Assembly: GCA_963773605.1 (NCBI GenBank)
Contig: CAVZBT010000012.1
Coordinates: 198,417-262,416 of the forward strand
Length of the DNA: 64,000 bases
From: an uncultured Acidobacteriota bacterium
Lineage (GTDB): Bacteria > Acidobacteriota > UBA6911
Reading direction: 5' to 3'
The stretch's first letter is position 1. Every line of letters starts with the position of its first letter. Shown piece by piece: positions 52,534-60,409 of this stretch. A program made the position numbers and the translations under genes. A model generated the notes under the pieces. The model saw nothing but the letters and a program-made list of their open reading frames with translations. It ran no database searches and was not told the origin of the DNA.

Positions 52534-54090
52534 ATGAAGGATTTCAAGAGCCTGGACTTCTTCGGCTACGTCGGAATACTGTGGCGGAGAAAGTGGTACG
52601 TGGTTACGGTGTTTGTGCTCGTCAGCGCCGGGACGGCCCTGTATGCCTGGAGACGACCGCTGATATACAGGTCTGAAACCCGCATCCTCGTCGAACAACC
52701 CACGATCTCCGAGGAATATGTGCGCCAGAGCGACCCGTCCACTCCGGAGCAGCAGGCCGCGAACCTGCGCCAACAGGTTCAAAGCCAGTCCTTTCTGGCG
52801 CCGGTGGTCGAACAAATGCAGCTATTTGGATACGGCGCCAACAGTGACTTTTCGATGGACCTCGCGGTTACCATTTTGCGCAGCAACGTTCAGGTGACCG
52901 CTACGGGCGGCAACGTCGTGATCCTGAGTTACGCGGCGGCGGATCCGCAGGTGGCGCGCGATGTTGCCCAGCGCCTCGCCGATTCACTGGTCCGCAAGAA
53001 CGTGACTTATCGGCGCGACAGGGCTGTCGACACAAAGCAGTTTCTGGAAGACGAGCTGGTGCAGGCCCAGCGGGAACTCGCTGGGAAGGAGGACCAGGTC
53101 AAGCAGTTCAAAATGTCGCATCTCGGGCAGTTGCCCGAGCAGGCAACGGCGAACATGAGCGCGCTTACGCTCCTGCACACGCGGCTCGCGTCGGCAGACG
53201 ATGCCATCGAGCAGGCAAAGGGCCAGAAGAAGCTGCTCGATTTCCGCACGCAGGAGCAAAGGCGGCTGGATACCCTGAGCCGTGGCGTAATTTCGTTCGC
53301 GGCCGCTCCCGCTGCCGGCGACGCTGCGCAAGCGAACCCGCAACTGGCGGCCAAACGCGCAGAGCTGGCTCAGCTGATTGCCAAATACACGCCAAAGCAC
53401 CCCGACGTGGTGCGCGCGGCGAAGGAAGTGGAGGAACTGGAGCGGCAGCAGAAGGCAGCCTCGGCCATGAACCCCGGGCCGGAAGGTGTGACGCCGCTGG
53501 GCCAGGACACGCCTTCAGGCCAGGCGGACGCAAACCCGAAGTCCGGGGAAGGCGACGCCTTTACGGTCGATGCCGGCGACGCGGAGCTGCGGCTCGAGGC
53601 CGAGGCGCTCAACGAGGAGATTTCGAAGAGGCAAAAAGAACGCGGGGAGATTTTGAGGCAGATCAGCGATTATCAGGCTCGCTTGAACCTGGCTCCAGCG
53701 CTGGAACAGGAGCTTGGGACTCTGGTTCGGGATGTCGAGGTACTCAAGTCCCGATATACCAGCCTGCTAAGCAAGAAGTTTCAAGCCCAGATGACGGAGA
53801 ACCTGGAGACCAGCCGGAACTACGTGAGCTACCGCGTTGTCGACGAGGCCACGCTGCCTCCATTGCCGGCGTTTCCCAACCGGGCCCAGATGATCCTGAT
53901 GGGCCTCGGCATGGGGTTGGTGCTGGGCCTTGGCGCTGCGCTCGGGAGGGAGTACCTCGATCCGACGCTGCGCAGTGAGGATGAAGCGGTGGCCGTACTG
54001 GGTTTGCCGGTACTCGTTTCCGTGCCGGAGCTGAAGGAGAGCGCGCGGAAGGGGAGGCAGCTGCTGGGGGGCGGAAGGGAAGCCGCCTGA
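52534..54090 (+). CDS. Chain-length determinant (Wzz/EpsF-like polysaccharide co-polymerase)
   Basis: N-terminal Wzz motif ILWRRKWYVVTVFVLVSAGTALYAWRRPLIYRSETRILV, a long coiled-coil middle region, and a C-terminal TM segment (ILMGLGMGLVLGLGAAL). Confidence 0.85.
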   Translation: MKDFKSLDFFGYVGILWRRKWYVVTVFVLVSAGTALYAWRRPLIYRSETRILVEQPTISEEYVRQSDPSTPEQQAANLRQQVQSQSFLAPVVEQMQLFGYGANSDFSMDLAVTILRSNVQVTATGGNVVILSYAAADPQVARDVAQRLADSLVRKNVTYRRDRAVDTKQFLEDELVQAQRELAGKEDQVKQFKMSHLGQLPEQATANMSALTLLHTRLASADDAIEQAKGQKKLLDFRTQEQRRLDTLSRGVISFAAAPAAGDAAQANPQLAAKRAELAQLIAKYTPKHPDVVRAAKEVEELERQQKAASAMNPGPEGVTPLGQDTPSGQADANPKSGEGDAFTVDAGDAELRLEAEALNEEISKRQKERGEILRQISDYQARLNLAPALEQELGTLVRDVEVLKSRYTSLLSKKFQAQMTENLETSRNYVSYRVVDEATLPPLPAFPNRAQMILMGLGMGLVLGLGAALGREYLDPTLRSEDEAVAVLGLPVLVSVPELKESARKGRQLLGGGREAA

Positions 54091-54154
54091 TAGTTCGCAG
54101 TGAACCAGGCCCCGCATCAGCGTCGAGGCGAGGCTCAGCACCTTTGCCGTGAAT

Positions 54155-55324
54155 TCAGGACCGATTCGAAGACCCCCCCACCGAGGCGGCGCTCCGTTCC
54201 CAGGTTTGCTGCCGCGCCCAGGCTGAAATCCGCTCTCGATCCCAGCTCCTCTCCAGCGCCTCGGTCAGGCGTTGCGCTATTGCCGGGGACGATCGTTCAG
54301 TCGCCAGCCCCAGATCTTCCGATTCGAGGACACCGGCTAACCCGCACATCGGGGTCGCGACCACCGGGGTGCCGCAGGCGAGCGATTCCATTATCACGTT
54401 CGGCCACCCCTCGCGGCTGCTCGCCAGGCAAAAGACGTCAGCCGCGCTGTACCACAGGTGCAGATCGTCCGGCTGCACCACACCGGGAAATCGGACGGCG
54501 TCAGTCAAACACAGCTCCGATACGAGTCTCTCCAGCCTCCCGCGTTCCTCTCCCTCGCCGATGATGACGAGTCGCACATCGGCGAACCCCTTTTCCCGGC
54601 GGAGGCAGTCCACCGCCCGAATGAGGTATTCGAACCCTTTGAGTTCGACCAGGCGCCCGACCGACAAAAACAGGGGACCTTCCCCGATCTGCAGCCGTGC
54701 CCGGGCTTCGTGGCCCGGAACTCTGCGGAACTTCTCCGCGTCCACGCCGTTGGGGATCATCGACAGCGTTTGCGCACCGGCGCCGAGCTCGAGCATCCGC
54801 TGTTGCAGCGCCGGGCTGACGGCGATGCAGGCGTCGGCACGGCGCAGCGTGTATCTGATCAGCGGCCGAATCAGCGGGAAGCGGGAAAAGAGGTTTATGT
54901 CCGTGCCGCGCGCCGAGACGGTCACGGGGCGGCGAAATACTTTCCCCAGCAGCACGGCAGCCATCCCGTCCGGATACACGTAGTGGGCGTCTATGATGTC
55001 GAAATCGAAATGCCTGCGCACCCGGGAGAGCGTCGGCAACACCGAAAGGAACATCGTGACGCCATAGGAGGACATTGCCACCTTTGGAGTCATGAAGAAG
55101 CGGGGGTGGCAGACCGGCATGCCGTCGATCTCCTCGTGGCGGGCAACCTGCGAGAGAGGCCAGCGGCGGGTGTTTCTTATCGGCGGGTAATACGGGACCG
55201 GCGCCACCACCTGAACGTGGCATCCGTCCATGCGGGAGACGCGCAGCATCCGCTCCTTTATGAAAATGCCGTTGAGCGGCTGCATGTTGTTGGGGAACAG
55301 GGAAGTGAAGACGAGGATCTTCAT
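54155..55324 (-). CDS. Glycosyltransferase family 4
   Basis: MKILVFTSLFPNNMQPLNGIFIKERM.. at the N-terminus and DVFCLASSREGWPNVIMESLACGTPVVATP at the C-terminus. Confidence 0.85.
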   Translation of the reverse strand: MKILVFTSLFPNNMQPLNGIFIKERMLRVSRMDGCHVQVVAPVPYYPPIRNTRRWPLSQVARHEEIDGMPVCHPRFFMTPKVAMSSYGVTMFLSVLPTLSRVRRHFDFDIIDAHYVYPDGMAAVLLGKVFRRPVTVSARGTDINLFSRFPLIRPLIRYTLRRADACIAVSPALQQRMLELGAGAQTLSMIPNGVDAEKFRRVPGHEARARLQIGEGPLFLSVGRLVELKGFEYLIRAVDCLRREKGFADVRLVIIGEGEERGRLERLVSELCLTDAVRFPGVVQPDDLHLWYSAADVFCLASSREGWPNVIMESLACGTPVVATPMCGLAGVLESEDLGLATERSSPAIAQRLTEALERSWDRERISAWARQQTWERSAASVGGSSNRS

Positions 55325-55330
55325 CGGGGG

Positions 55331-56392
55331 CTAGGTCAGGTGCCGCGAGATCAGCGGGCCGATGGTGTTTGCCACAGGCATGGGCAAGTGGCGCCAGGTT
55401 CGAATCAGGAGCGAGAATTTCGGGTTCAGGGGCGACGTGTCGGGCAGCGCCGTGCGGCGGACCAGGTGGTATTGATAGGGCAAGTCCAGCATCGTCATGC
55501 CCCACCGTTTCTTGAAGTCGAAGGAGCCGGTCCCTTTCTTGCTCCGGCCGAAGTCGTATACGCGGCAGCCGTTCTCACAGCCGTACCTGATCAGCATCCA
55601 GTATATGAAGTTGTTGACGGCGAGGCGGTTGTATTCACGGAAGGAGCCGCCGTAGTACGGAACGACTTCGCCCTGATAAAAGAGCGTCAGGACGGCTGCC
55701 GCCAGCTTTCCGTTACTGTGCACCGAAAAGATACGGCAGTCCGACCCGAACTGGTGTTTTATTTCGTGAAACAGCCGTTTGGTGAAGATGGGTGTCCCAA
55801 GGTCGCGCAGGCTGCGCGAGTATACCGAGTAAAACTCGTCCACCCCGATCGAGTCCACGCCGAATTCCAGCCCGTTGCGGATCCCTTCTCTTATCTCGGC
55901 CCGGGTCTTGCGCGGGATTGACAGCATCTGCTTTTCGACATCCGGGGTCAGCTCGACCCGAAACGTCACGTACAGATCTTTCCGCGGCATGGACGGGTCG
56001 TCTACCTCGTTTCGGAAGTTCCGCAGCTCAAGGAAGTCCACTTTCTCGTGCTCGGCGAGAGCCTTCGCCTCCGCCAGCAGCACTCGATAGGCATTCGGGT
56101 CGGTGGCGAGAATCCCGCCGTAGGCGCCCTGCGGCGTGGACACGAGCATCCGGCCGAACACCAGGCTGCGCACGAGGAATAGCGGAAGCACGCCGGCAAT
56201 CTCCCCGGACGGCCCCCGCGCGATCAGGTGGCTGGGCTTGTGGCCGAACGCGGATTGGATCGAGCGCTGCCAGGCGGACAGGTGGAACGGGGAGCCGGCG
56301 GGGTGGGATCGGACGAACGTGTCCCAGGCGGCGTCTGGTGTGGTCAGGGCAGGAGTGTCCATACTCGAAGACTCGAAGACGCAAAGACTCAA
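55331..56392 (-). CDS. FemAB-related protein, PEP-CTERM-system-associated type
   Basis: WDTFVRSHPAGSPFHLSAWQRSIQSAFGHKPSHLIA..GVLPLFLVRSLVFGRMLVSTPQGAYGGILA..YWMLIRYGCENGCRVYDFGRS. The start is at 56392 or 56362. Confidence 0.8.
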   Translation of the reverse strand: MSLCVFESSSMDTPALTTPDAAWDTFVRSHPAGSPFHLSAWQRSIQSAFGHKPSHLIARGPSGEIAGVLPLFLVRSLVFGRMLVSTPQGAYGGILATDPNAYRVLLAEAKALAEHEKVDFLELRNFRNEVDDPSMPRKDLYVTFRVELTPDVEKQMLSIPRKTRAEIREGIRNGLEFGVDSIGVDEFYSVYSRSLRDLGTPIFTKRLFHEIKHQFGSDCRIFSVHSNGKLAAAVLTLFYQGEVVPYYGGSFREYNRLAVNNFIYWMLIRYGCENGCRVYDFGRSKKGTGSFDFKKRWGMTMLDLPYQYHLVRRTALPDTSPLNPKFSLLIRTWRHLPMPVANTIGPLISRHLT

Positions 56393-56416
56393 AGGCTCGA
56401 AAAGTACGAAAGTCGA

Positions 56417-57517
56417 TTATCGTCGATCGGGGGCGGGAAGTTCAGCGTTTTCGTCTTTAGCCGGCAGGAGGCCCCGGATGGACTTGCGCAGCAGGTGCGG
56501 AATCAAAAGATGCGCCGGCATGCGGAGCCAGTGGGAGCGGACGTAAAGCGCCCGTCCGGCTGCCCTGGACGCGGCTGAGGGAAGATCGCCTTCCTGCGGT
56601 AGCAGGGCCTTCCCAACAAGCGAGTCCATTACGTCGAGCGTAAATTTCGACGGGGCAGCTCCGGTCACCTCATCGGTTGCGGTTCCGAGGTATTTCGAGG
56701 TGTAGCGGAGCGCGTAAAACATCGGTCGCTCGAGCCCGTGCACGCGGCTCCGCTCTGCCAGGGCATCTCGAAAACCGGGTTGGCGGCCGAAGACGCCGAG
56801 CAGGTCGTCCAGGTCGACGAGGTCGCGGAGTGAGCCGGAAACCTCACCATCCTGGAAAAGATGGGCGGCACTGTGCAGAACCATATCGGCAGGGCACAGC
56901 ACCGCCAGCCGTCCTGATCCGGCCAGGGGCACCGCCGCCCGGAATAACTCTTCCGCCTTCGGATGGAGACGGCCCGTTTCCGGAAGGATCGTGTGGTGCA
57001 CGTCCAGCGACGTGCCTCGTTCGCGGTGCCGCAGCGGCGGGAGCTCGTGCATCCACTTACGGTAATAGCGCTGATCGTACGGCTCGAGCTTTTCGTGTTC
57101 CCACCCATTCTCGAGCAAGGCCCGCTCGACTTCCACGATCCTCGCCTTCGGGACGAGGATGTCGACGTCGTCGTATAGCCGTCCGCGTGCGGCCGGAAGC
57201 TCCGCCATGACATAAGCGGCGCCTTTGAGCAGCACGATCGGAGTCTCGATATCGGCGAGCGCGCGCTCAAGCTTGTGCACCTCCCAGCGAACTGCCCTTT
57301 CCTGCGCCAGGGCAAAGCGGCGAGCCCAGTCGAGGCACTCGGCCGCGACTTTCGGCACCCGGTCAATCTGGCCCTCGTTGCAGATGAGCGCCCCCAACCT
57401 CCCCAATAACCTCGTCTGGCGGGCCTGGCGCAGCAGTACATTCCACTGCGGCGCATCCAGCGACAGTAGTATCCCCGGGTCTCGAATGGCACGGAGCAGG
57501 ACAGGGTCGTTTCTCAT
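56417..57517 (-). CDS. Uncharacterised nucleotidyltransferase family protein (NTP_transf_5-like)
   Basis: The ATG at 57517 overlaps the kinase stop (ATGA). IVLLKGAAYVMAELPAARGRLYDDVDILVPK..LDVHHTILP is the pattern of the uncharacterised nucleotidyltransferase family found with HprK-related kinases. Confidence 0.7.
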   Translation of the reverse strand: MRNDPVLLRAIRDPGILLSLDAPQWNVLLRQARQTRLLGRLGALICNEGQIDRVPKVAAECLDWARRFALAQERAVRWEVHKLERALADIETPIVLLKGAAYVMAELPAARGRLYDDVDILVPKARIVEVERALLENGWEHEKLEPYDQRYYRKWMHELPPLRHRERGTSLDVHHTILPETGRLHPKAEELFRAAVPLAGSGRLAVLCPADMVLHSAAHLFQDGEVSGSLRDLVDLDDLLGVFGRQPGFRDALAERSRVHGLERPMFYALRYTSKYLGTATDEVTGAAPSKFTLDVMDSLVGKALLPQEGDLPSAASRAAGRALYVRSHWLRMPAHLLIPHLLRKSIRGLLPAKDENAELPAPDRR

Positions 57518-58419
57518 CGTCGATGCAGTTGGGAAATCAAGCTCAATCCGTCGTCGAGGCTGCCATAGCGAATCTCGTAACTTGGGCACGATTCGATCAA
57601 GCGGGCCAGCGCCTCGAAGCCCGGCAGCCCAAGGCGGCTGTAATTGAAGGACTGATCGACCAGGAGCGCAAACGCCCGCGCCCGCGTCACGTTGTGCGCC
57701 ACCGGCGCGCTTCCCGGCTTGAATTGCGTGAACACCATGAGATCGACCGGTGCGGGTTCCAGCGCTCTTTGCACACTCTCGACCGGGGGGCGCAGATACC
57801 CCATGGTCCCGCGAATCCTGTCCTGCACGACCGGTCCGATGTCCGCATCGTGGCAGAAGGCCCGGATGACCTCGAGAGAATTGTCTTTGAGGCCGACGGG
57901 CCGCGTCAACGGCTGTATCTCGCCATCGCTCAACCGCACCAGCGCCATTTCGTCCGACAGGAGCCGTGAACCCTCCAAAACCAGGGCAGCACAGAGGGTG
58001 CTCTTTCCGGAGCCGGATGCGCCGGCGATGATTACGGCGCGGCCATGCTGCTCCACAACGGCAGAATGCAGGATGAGATAATCGAGGGCGTGTTCTGCAA
58101 CACAGTGATTCAAGCCCCATTCAAAAAGGGGCAGCGCCATGGCACGCGGGAAAGGGAAAAAAGGGACGTGGCCATCCGAATAAAAGAGCGCCTGGGGGCG
58201 AATCCGGCGACGCAGTCCCGGGGGCGCTGCGACGCTCACGCGAAAATGGGCGATTCCGTCCTGATCAATCGTGTGGTCCCGGTACAGCGCTCGTATGGCA
58301 TCCGCGAGGTGGGGTAATTCTGTCCGCAACTGAAACACGAATGGTCCCGTACGCAGGAGAATACCCGAGGTCGAGAGTGCAGCGGAGGTTTCCGAACGCG
58401 ACAGGTCGGCGAGTCTCAC
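57514..58419 (-). CDS. HprK-related kinase (HPr kinase/phosphorylase C-terminal-like, P-loop)
   Basis: LHSAVVEQHGRAVIIAGASGSGKSTLCAALVLEGSRLLSDEMALV shows a Walker A plus an HprK-like fold pattern. It overlaps the PqqD stop by 4 nt. Confidence 0.8.
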   Translation of the reverse strand: MRLADLSRSETSAALSTSGILLRTGPFVFQLRTELPHLADAIRALYRDHTIDQDGIAHFRVSVAAPPGLRRRIRPQALFYSDGHVPFFPFPRAMALPLFEWGLNHCVAEHALDYLILHSAVVEQHGRAVIIAGASGSGKSTLCAALVLEGSRLLSDEMALVRLSDGEIQPLTRPVGLKDNSLEVIRAFCHDADIGPVVQDRIRGTMGYLRPPVESVQRALEPAPVDLMVFTQFKPGSAPVAHNVTRARAFALLVDQSFNYSRLGLPGFEALARLIESCPSYEIRYGSLDDGLSLISQLHRR

Positions 58420-58694
58420 TGACGTGTGGGCTCGATCAGTCCGGCTTGTGCGAGCATGGCGAGGACCGAGTCGAGGCGCTCCGGAGTAATATCACCTGTG
58501 TTTCCTCGAAGTCGTAATGATAGGTGATCGCAGAGCTCGCCTCGTGTGGCCGGCTGGTGCAGTTCCAGGAGGACCTCACCAGAGAAGGCGTCCAGAACGT
58601 GAGAATCCGCGGAAGAAGAATTGAAAACGACGACATCCCCGTCCCAGTAGCGCCAGTGCAGGTCAGACTGCGGTGGAATACGCCATCGGGTCAT
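58416..58694 (-). CDS. PqqD-family protein (RiPP-recognition-element-like peptide chaperone)
   Basis: 92 aa. WRYWDGDVVVFNSSSADSHVLDAFSGEVLLEL..ATRGELCDHL is PqqD-like (a beta-strand trio followed by helices). Confidence 0.75.
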   Translation of the reverse strand: MTRWRIPPQSDLHWRYWDGDVVVFNSSSADSHVLDAFSGEVLLELHQPATRGELCDHLSLRLRGNTGDITPERLDSVLAMLAQAGLIEPTRQ

Positions 58695-58700
58695 GCCGCA

Positions 58701-58940
58701 CTAGGAGCCCTTGGAAGAACCGGAGGTGGCGGCGGCGCCCCCGGGCTTTCCCAGGAGCGGCCGGCTGATCACGGTGAGCACGACCGGAGCCGCGGCGAGG
58801 CTTGCCTTAACGAAGCGGCGCCGCTCCGATTCCGGGGGAACTTGCGGATCATGTGCCCTGTCTGCAGATTGGGATGCCGGGGTCCCGCACCCGACCTCGA
58901 TTTCTTTCTCACCCATCGCGCTGTCTCCGGAACTGGCCAC
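58701..58940 (-). CDS. Small ORF (71-79 aa) with a twin-arginine-like motif, a hydrophobic stretch and a Gly/Ala/Ser/Thr-rich tail ending in Ser; candidate substrate peptide
   Basis: It ends 7 nt upstream of the PqqD start. The sequence is ..ESERRRFVKASLAAAPVVLTVISRPLLGKPGGAAATSGSSKGS-stop. Third-position GC is high on this strand. Starts are GTG 58940 or ATG 58916 (GGAG about 11 nt upstream). I recognise no homology. Confidence 0.4.
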   Translation of the reverse strand: MASSGDSAMGEKEIEVGCGTPASQSADRAHDPQVPPESERRRFVKASLAAAPVVLTVISRPLLGKPGGAAATSGSSKGS

Positions 58941-59055
58941 ACTGGCCGTCCCCTTTTGTTTTCACTATCCAGACACAAGCCCCTATTCATGGGGTGAGGA
59001 GAATCCCAATCTAACACTCTCCCTGCGCAGTGTCAACGGATCGGCGCGGGCCGGC

Positions 59056-59259
59056 TCACTCCCCGGGCTTCCTCGTCAGGGTCAGGCGATAGAGGCTGAT
59101 GGCGATCACGAATGCAACGGACGTGACCGTGAGCATCAGAAAGCCTTCGTACGAGACCTTCGCGATCGGGCCCGTGAACCTGGTAATCAGCCAACCCAAC
59201 CAGGATAGCAGCGAAAGAACGAGGAATGCCTGCGCCAACTTCTCAAGGATCCTGGCCAT
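59056..59259 (-). CDS. Small two-TM membrane protein (hypothetical)
   Basis: MARILEKLAQAFLVLSLLSWLGWLITRF..FLMLTVTSVAFVIAISLY has two hydrophobic helices. It is the first gene of the minus-strand block. Confidence 0.4.
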   Translation of the reverse strand: MARILEKLAQAFLVLSLLSWLGWLITRFTGPIAKVSYEGFLMLTVTSVAFVIAISLYRLTLTRKPGE

Positions 59260-59375
59260 TGCCTTCTCCCTTCATATCGTGCGAATGGCACGATTGTATG
59301 AGCAGGAATTTGGAAAAACAAGGACATAACCCGGGACCCGGAAGACGAAAACTCCACGCCGTCCAGCGGGCAGGC

Positions 59376-59405
59376 TTGTGCCTCCGGGGGGGGCGACGGT
59401 ATAAT
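59376..59405 (+). promoter_or_regulatory. Sigma-70-like promoter candidate for the BY-kinase gene, with a G8 tract in the spacer
   Basis: TTGTGC (59376-59381), an 18-nt spacer containing GGGGGGGG (59386-59393), then TATAAT (59400-59405), about 40 nt upstream of ATG 59445. Confidence 0.3.
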
Positions 59406-59444
59406 CGCCTCGCGGATTTTTCCCTCTCAGGTCCTGCCGGAGCG

Positions 59445-60395
59445 ATGAGTGCAGAAATATGTGAAATATCGCCGCAGGATCTCGATAAGATAGACGTTAT
59501 GAGTGAAATATACGGCTGGCTCAAGAAAACGGAACGTGAGCGGAAGAAGCTGCAGGCTGAGACGCCTCCGGAGTTGCCCCCGGTCGCGGCTCCGATGGGC
59601 GGGGGTCCGGCCCCGACTTTCGAAGAGCACGCAGATTCGGCACACCCGGCGGCTCCAAACGCTCTGATGGGAAGGGCCGGCGTGTTTGACCTGGCTGCGG
59701 CGAACAACCGGGTCCGCATGGTCCTCGATCCGCAAACGCTCATGGGGGAGCAGTTCCGGGTTCTGCGCTCCAAACTCTCGCTGATGCAGAAGCACCGCGG
59801 CATCAAGACGCTGCTCGTGACCAGCACTATTCCCCGGGAGGGGAAAACCTTCACCGCGTGCGGGTTGGCCGGCGTCCTGGCCCAGGAGCCCGGGAGACGG
59901 GTCGTTCTTGTCGACGCGGACCTCAGGAAACCCACCGCGGGGCAGAAAATCGGGCTAAACGGCTCGGGAAATATGGACGGTCTGGCTGCGATCCTGCGTG
60001 GCGAGAAGGGGATCGAGGAGGCGTTGTTCAGCTCCAAGACCTTCGAATTCTGCTTCCTGCCCGCGGGGGCGGTGCCCCCCAACCCGTCGGAGCTGCTCAG
60101 CTCGCCTTTACTCGAACAGATGCTGAAGTCGATGGCCGAGACATTCGACTGGGTGGTGGTGGACTCTCCTCCCGTGCTGGCGCTGGCCGACACTCCGCTG
60201 ATTGCATCGCTTTGCGATACCGTCGTGCTGGTGGTGCAGTCCGATTCCACTCCTTCGAAGCTCGTCCTCGAGGCCATTCAGAGGATCGGGCGCGAGAAGA
60301 TCTGCGGCGTGGTCATGAATCGGACCCGGCAACTGCACTCGTCGCGGTACTACTACCACTACTACACCGGCAAATCGCAAAGCCGGATCCAGTAA
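59445..60395 (+). CDS. BY-kinase-like protein tyrosine kinase (EpsG/CpsD-type ATPase with C-terminal Tyr cluster)
   Basis: The Walker A reads LLVTSTIPREGKTF. The Walker A'/B regions read VVLVDADLRKP and WVVVDSPPV. The C-terminal Tyr cluster reads SSRYYYHYYTG. The start is at 59445 or 59499. Confidence 0.8.
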   Translation: MSAEICEISPQDLDKIDVMSEIYGWLKKTERERKKLQAETPPELPPVAAPMGGGPAPTFEEHADSAHPAAPNALMGRAGVFDLAAANNRVRMVLDPQTLMGEQFRVLRSKLSLMQKHRGIKTLLVTSTIPREGKTFTACGLAGVLAQEPGRRVVLVDADLRKPTAGQKIGLNGSGNMDGLAAILRGEKGIEEALFSSKTFEFCFLPAGAVPPNPSELLSSPLLEQMLKSMAETFDWVVVDSPPVLALADTPLIASLCDTVVLVVQSDSTPSKLVLEAIQRIGREKICGVVMNRTRQLHSSRYYYHYYTGKSQSRIQ

Positions 60396-60409
60396 CATTA
60401 AGACTGCAA

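Noticed and set aside
58701-58940. Treating the small ORF simply as a Tat-exported protein.
   Set aside because: After the RRRFVK motif and the hydrophobic region only about 8-16 residues remain. That is too short for a folded Tat passenger, so the motif may serve another role such as a leader or recognition element. The ORF is kept as a low-confidence CDS.
38538-59259. Calling a lasso-peptide gene cluster (AsnB-like enzyme without the Cys nucleophile, plus PqqD, HPr-kinase-like and nucleotidyltransferase genes).
   Set aside because: No transglutaminase-like leader protease (B2) is present. The AsnB-like gene is about 16 kb from the PqqD cassette and sits in an exosortase-type context. The candidate peptide has no obvious lasso core (no N-terminal Gly/Ala/Ser/Cys with an Asp/Glu at position 7-9 after a leader). 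Only the tailoring-enzyme analogy is retained.
59286-59301. A second sigma-54-like sequence, TGGCACGATTGTATGA, in the divergent region upstream of the BY-kinase gene.
   Set aside because: The -24 half is perfect, but the -12 element is TATG instead of TTGC, so the GC dinucleotide is missing at the required spacing. It is probably a chance match.
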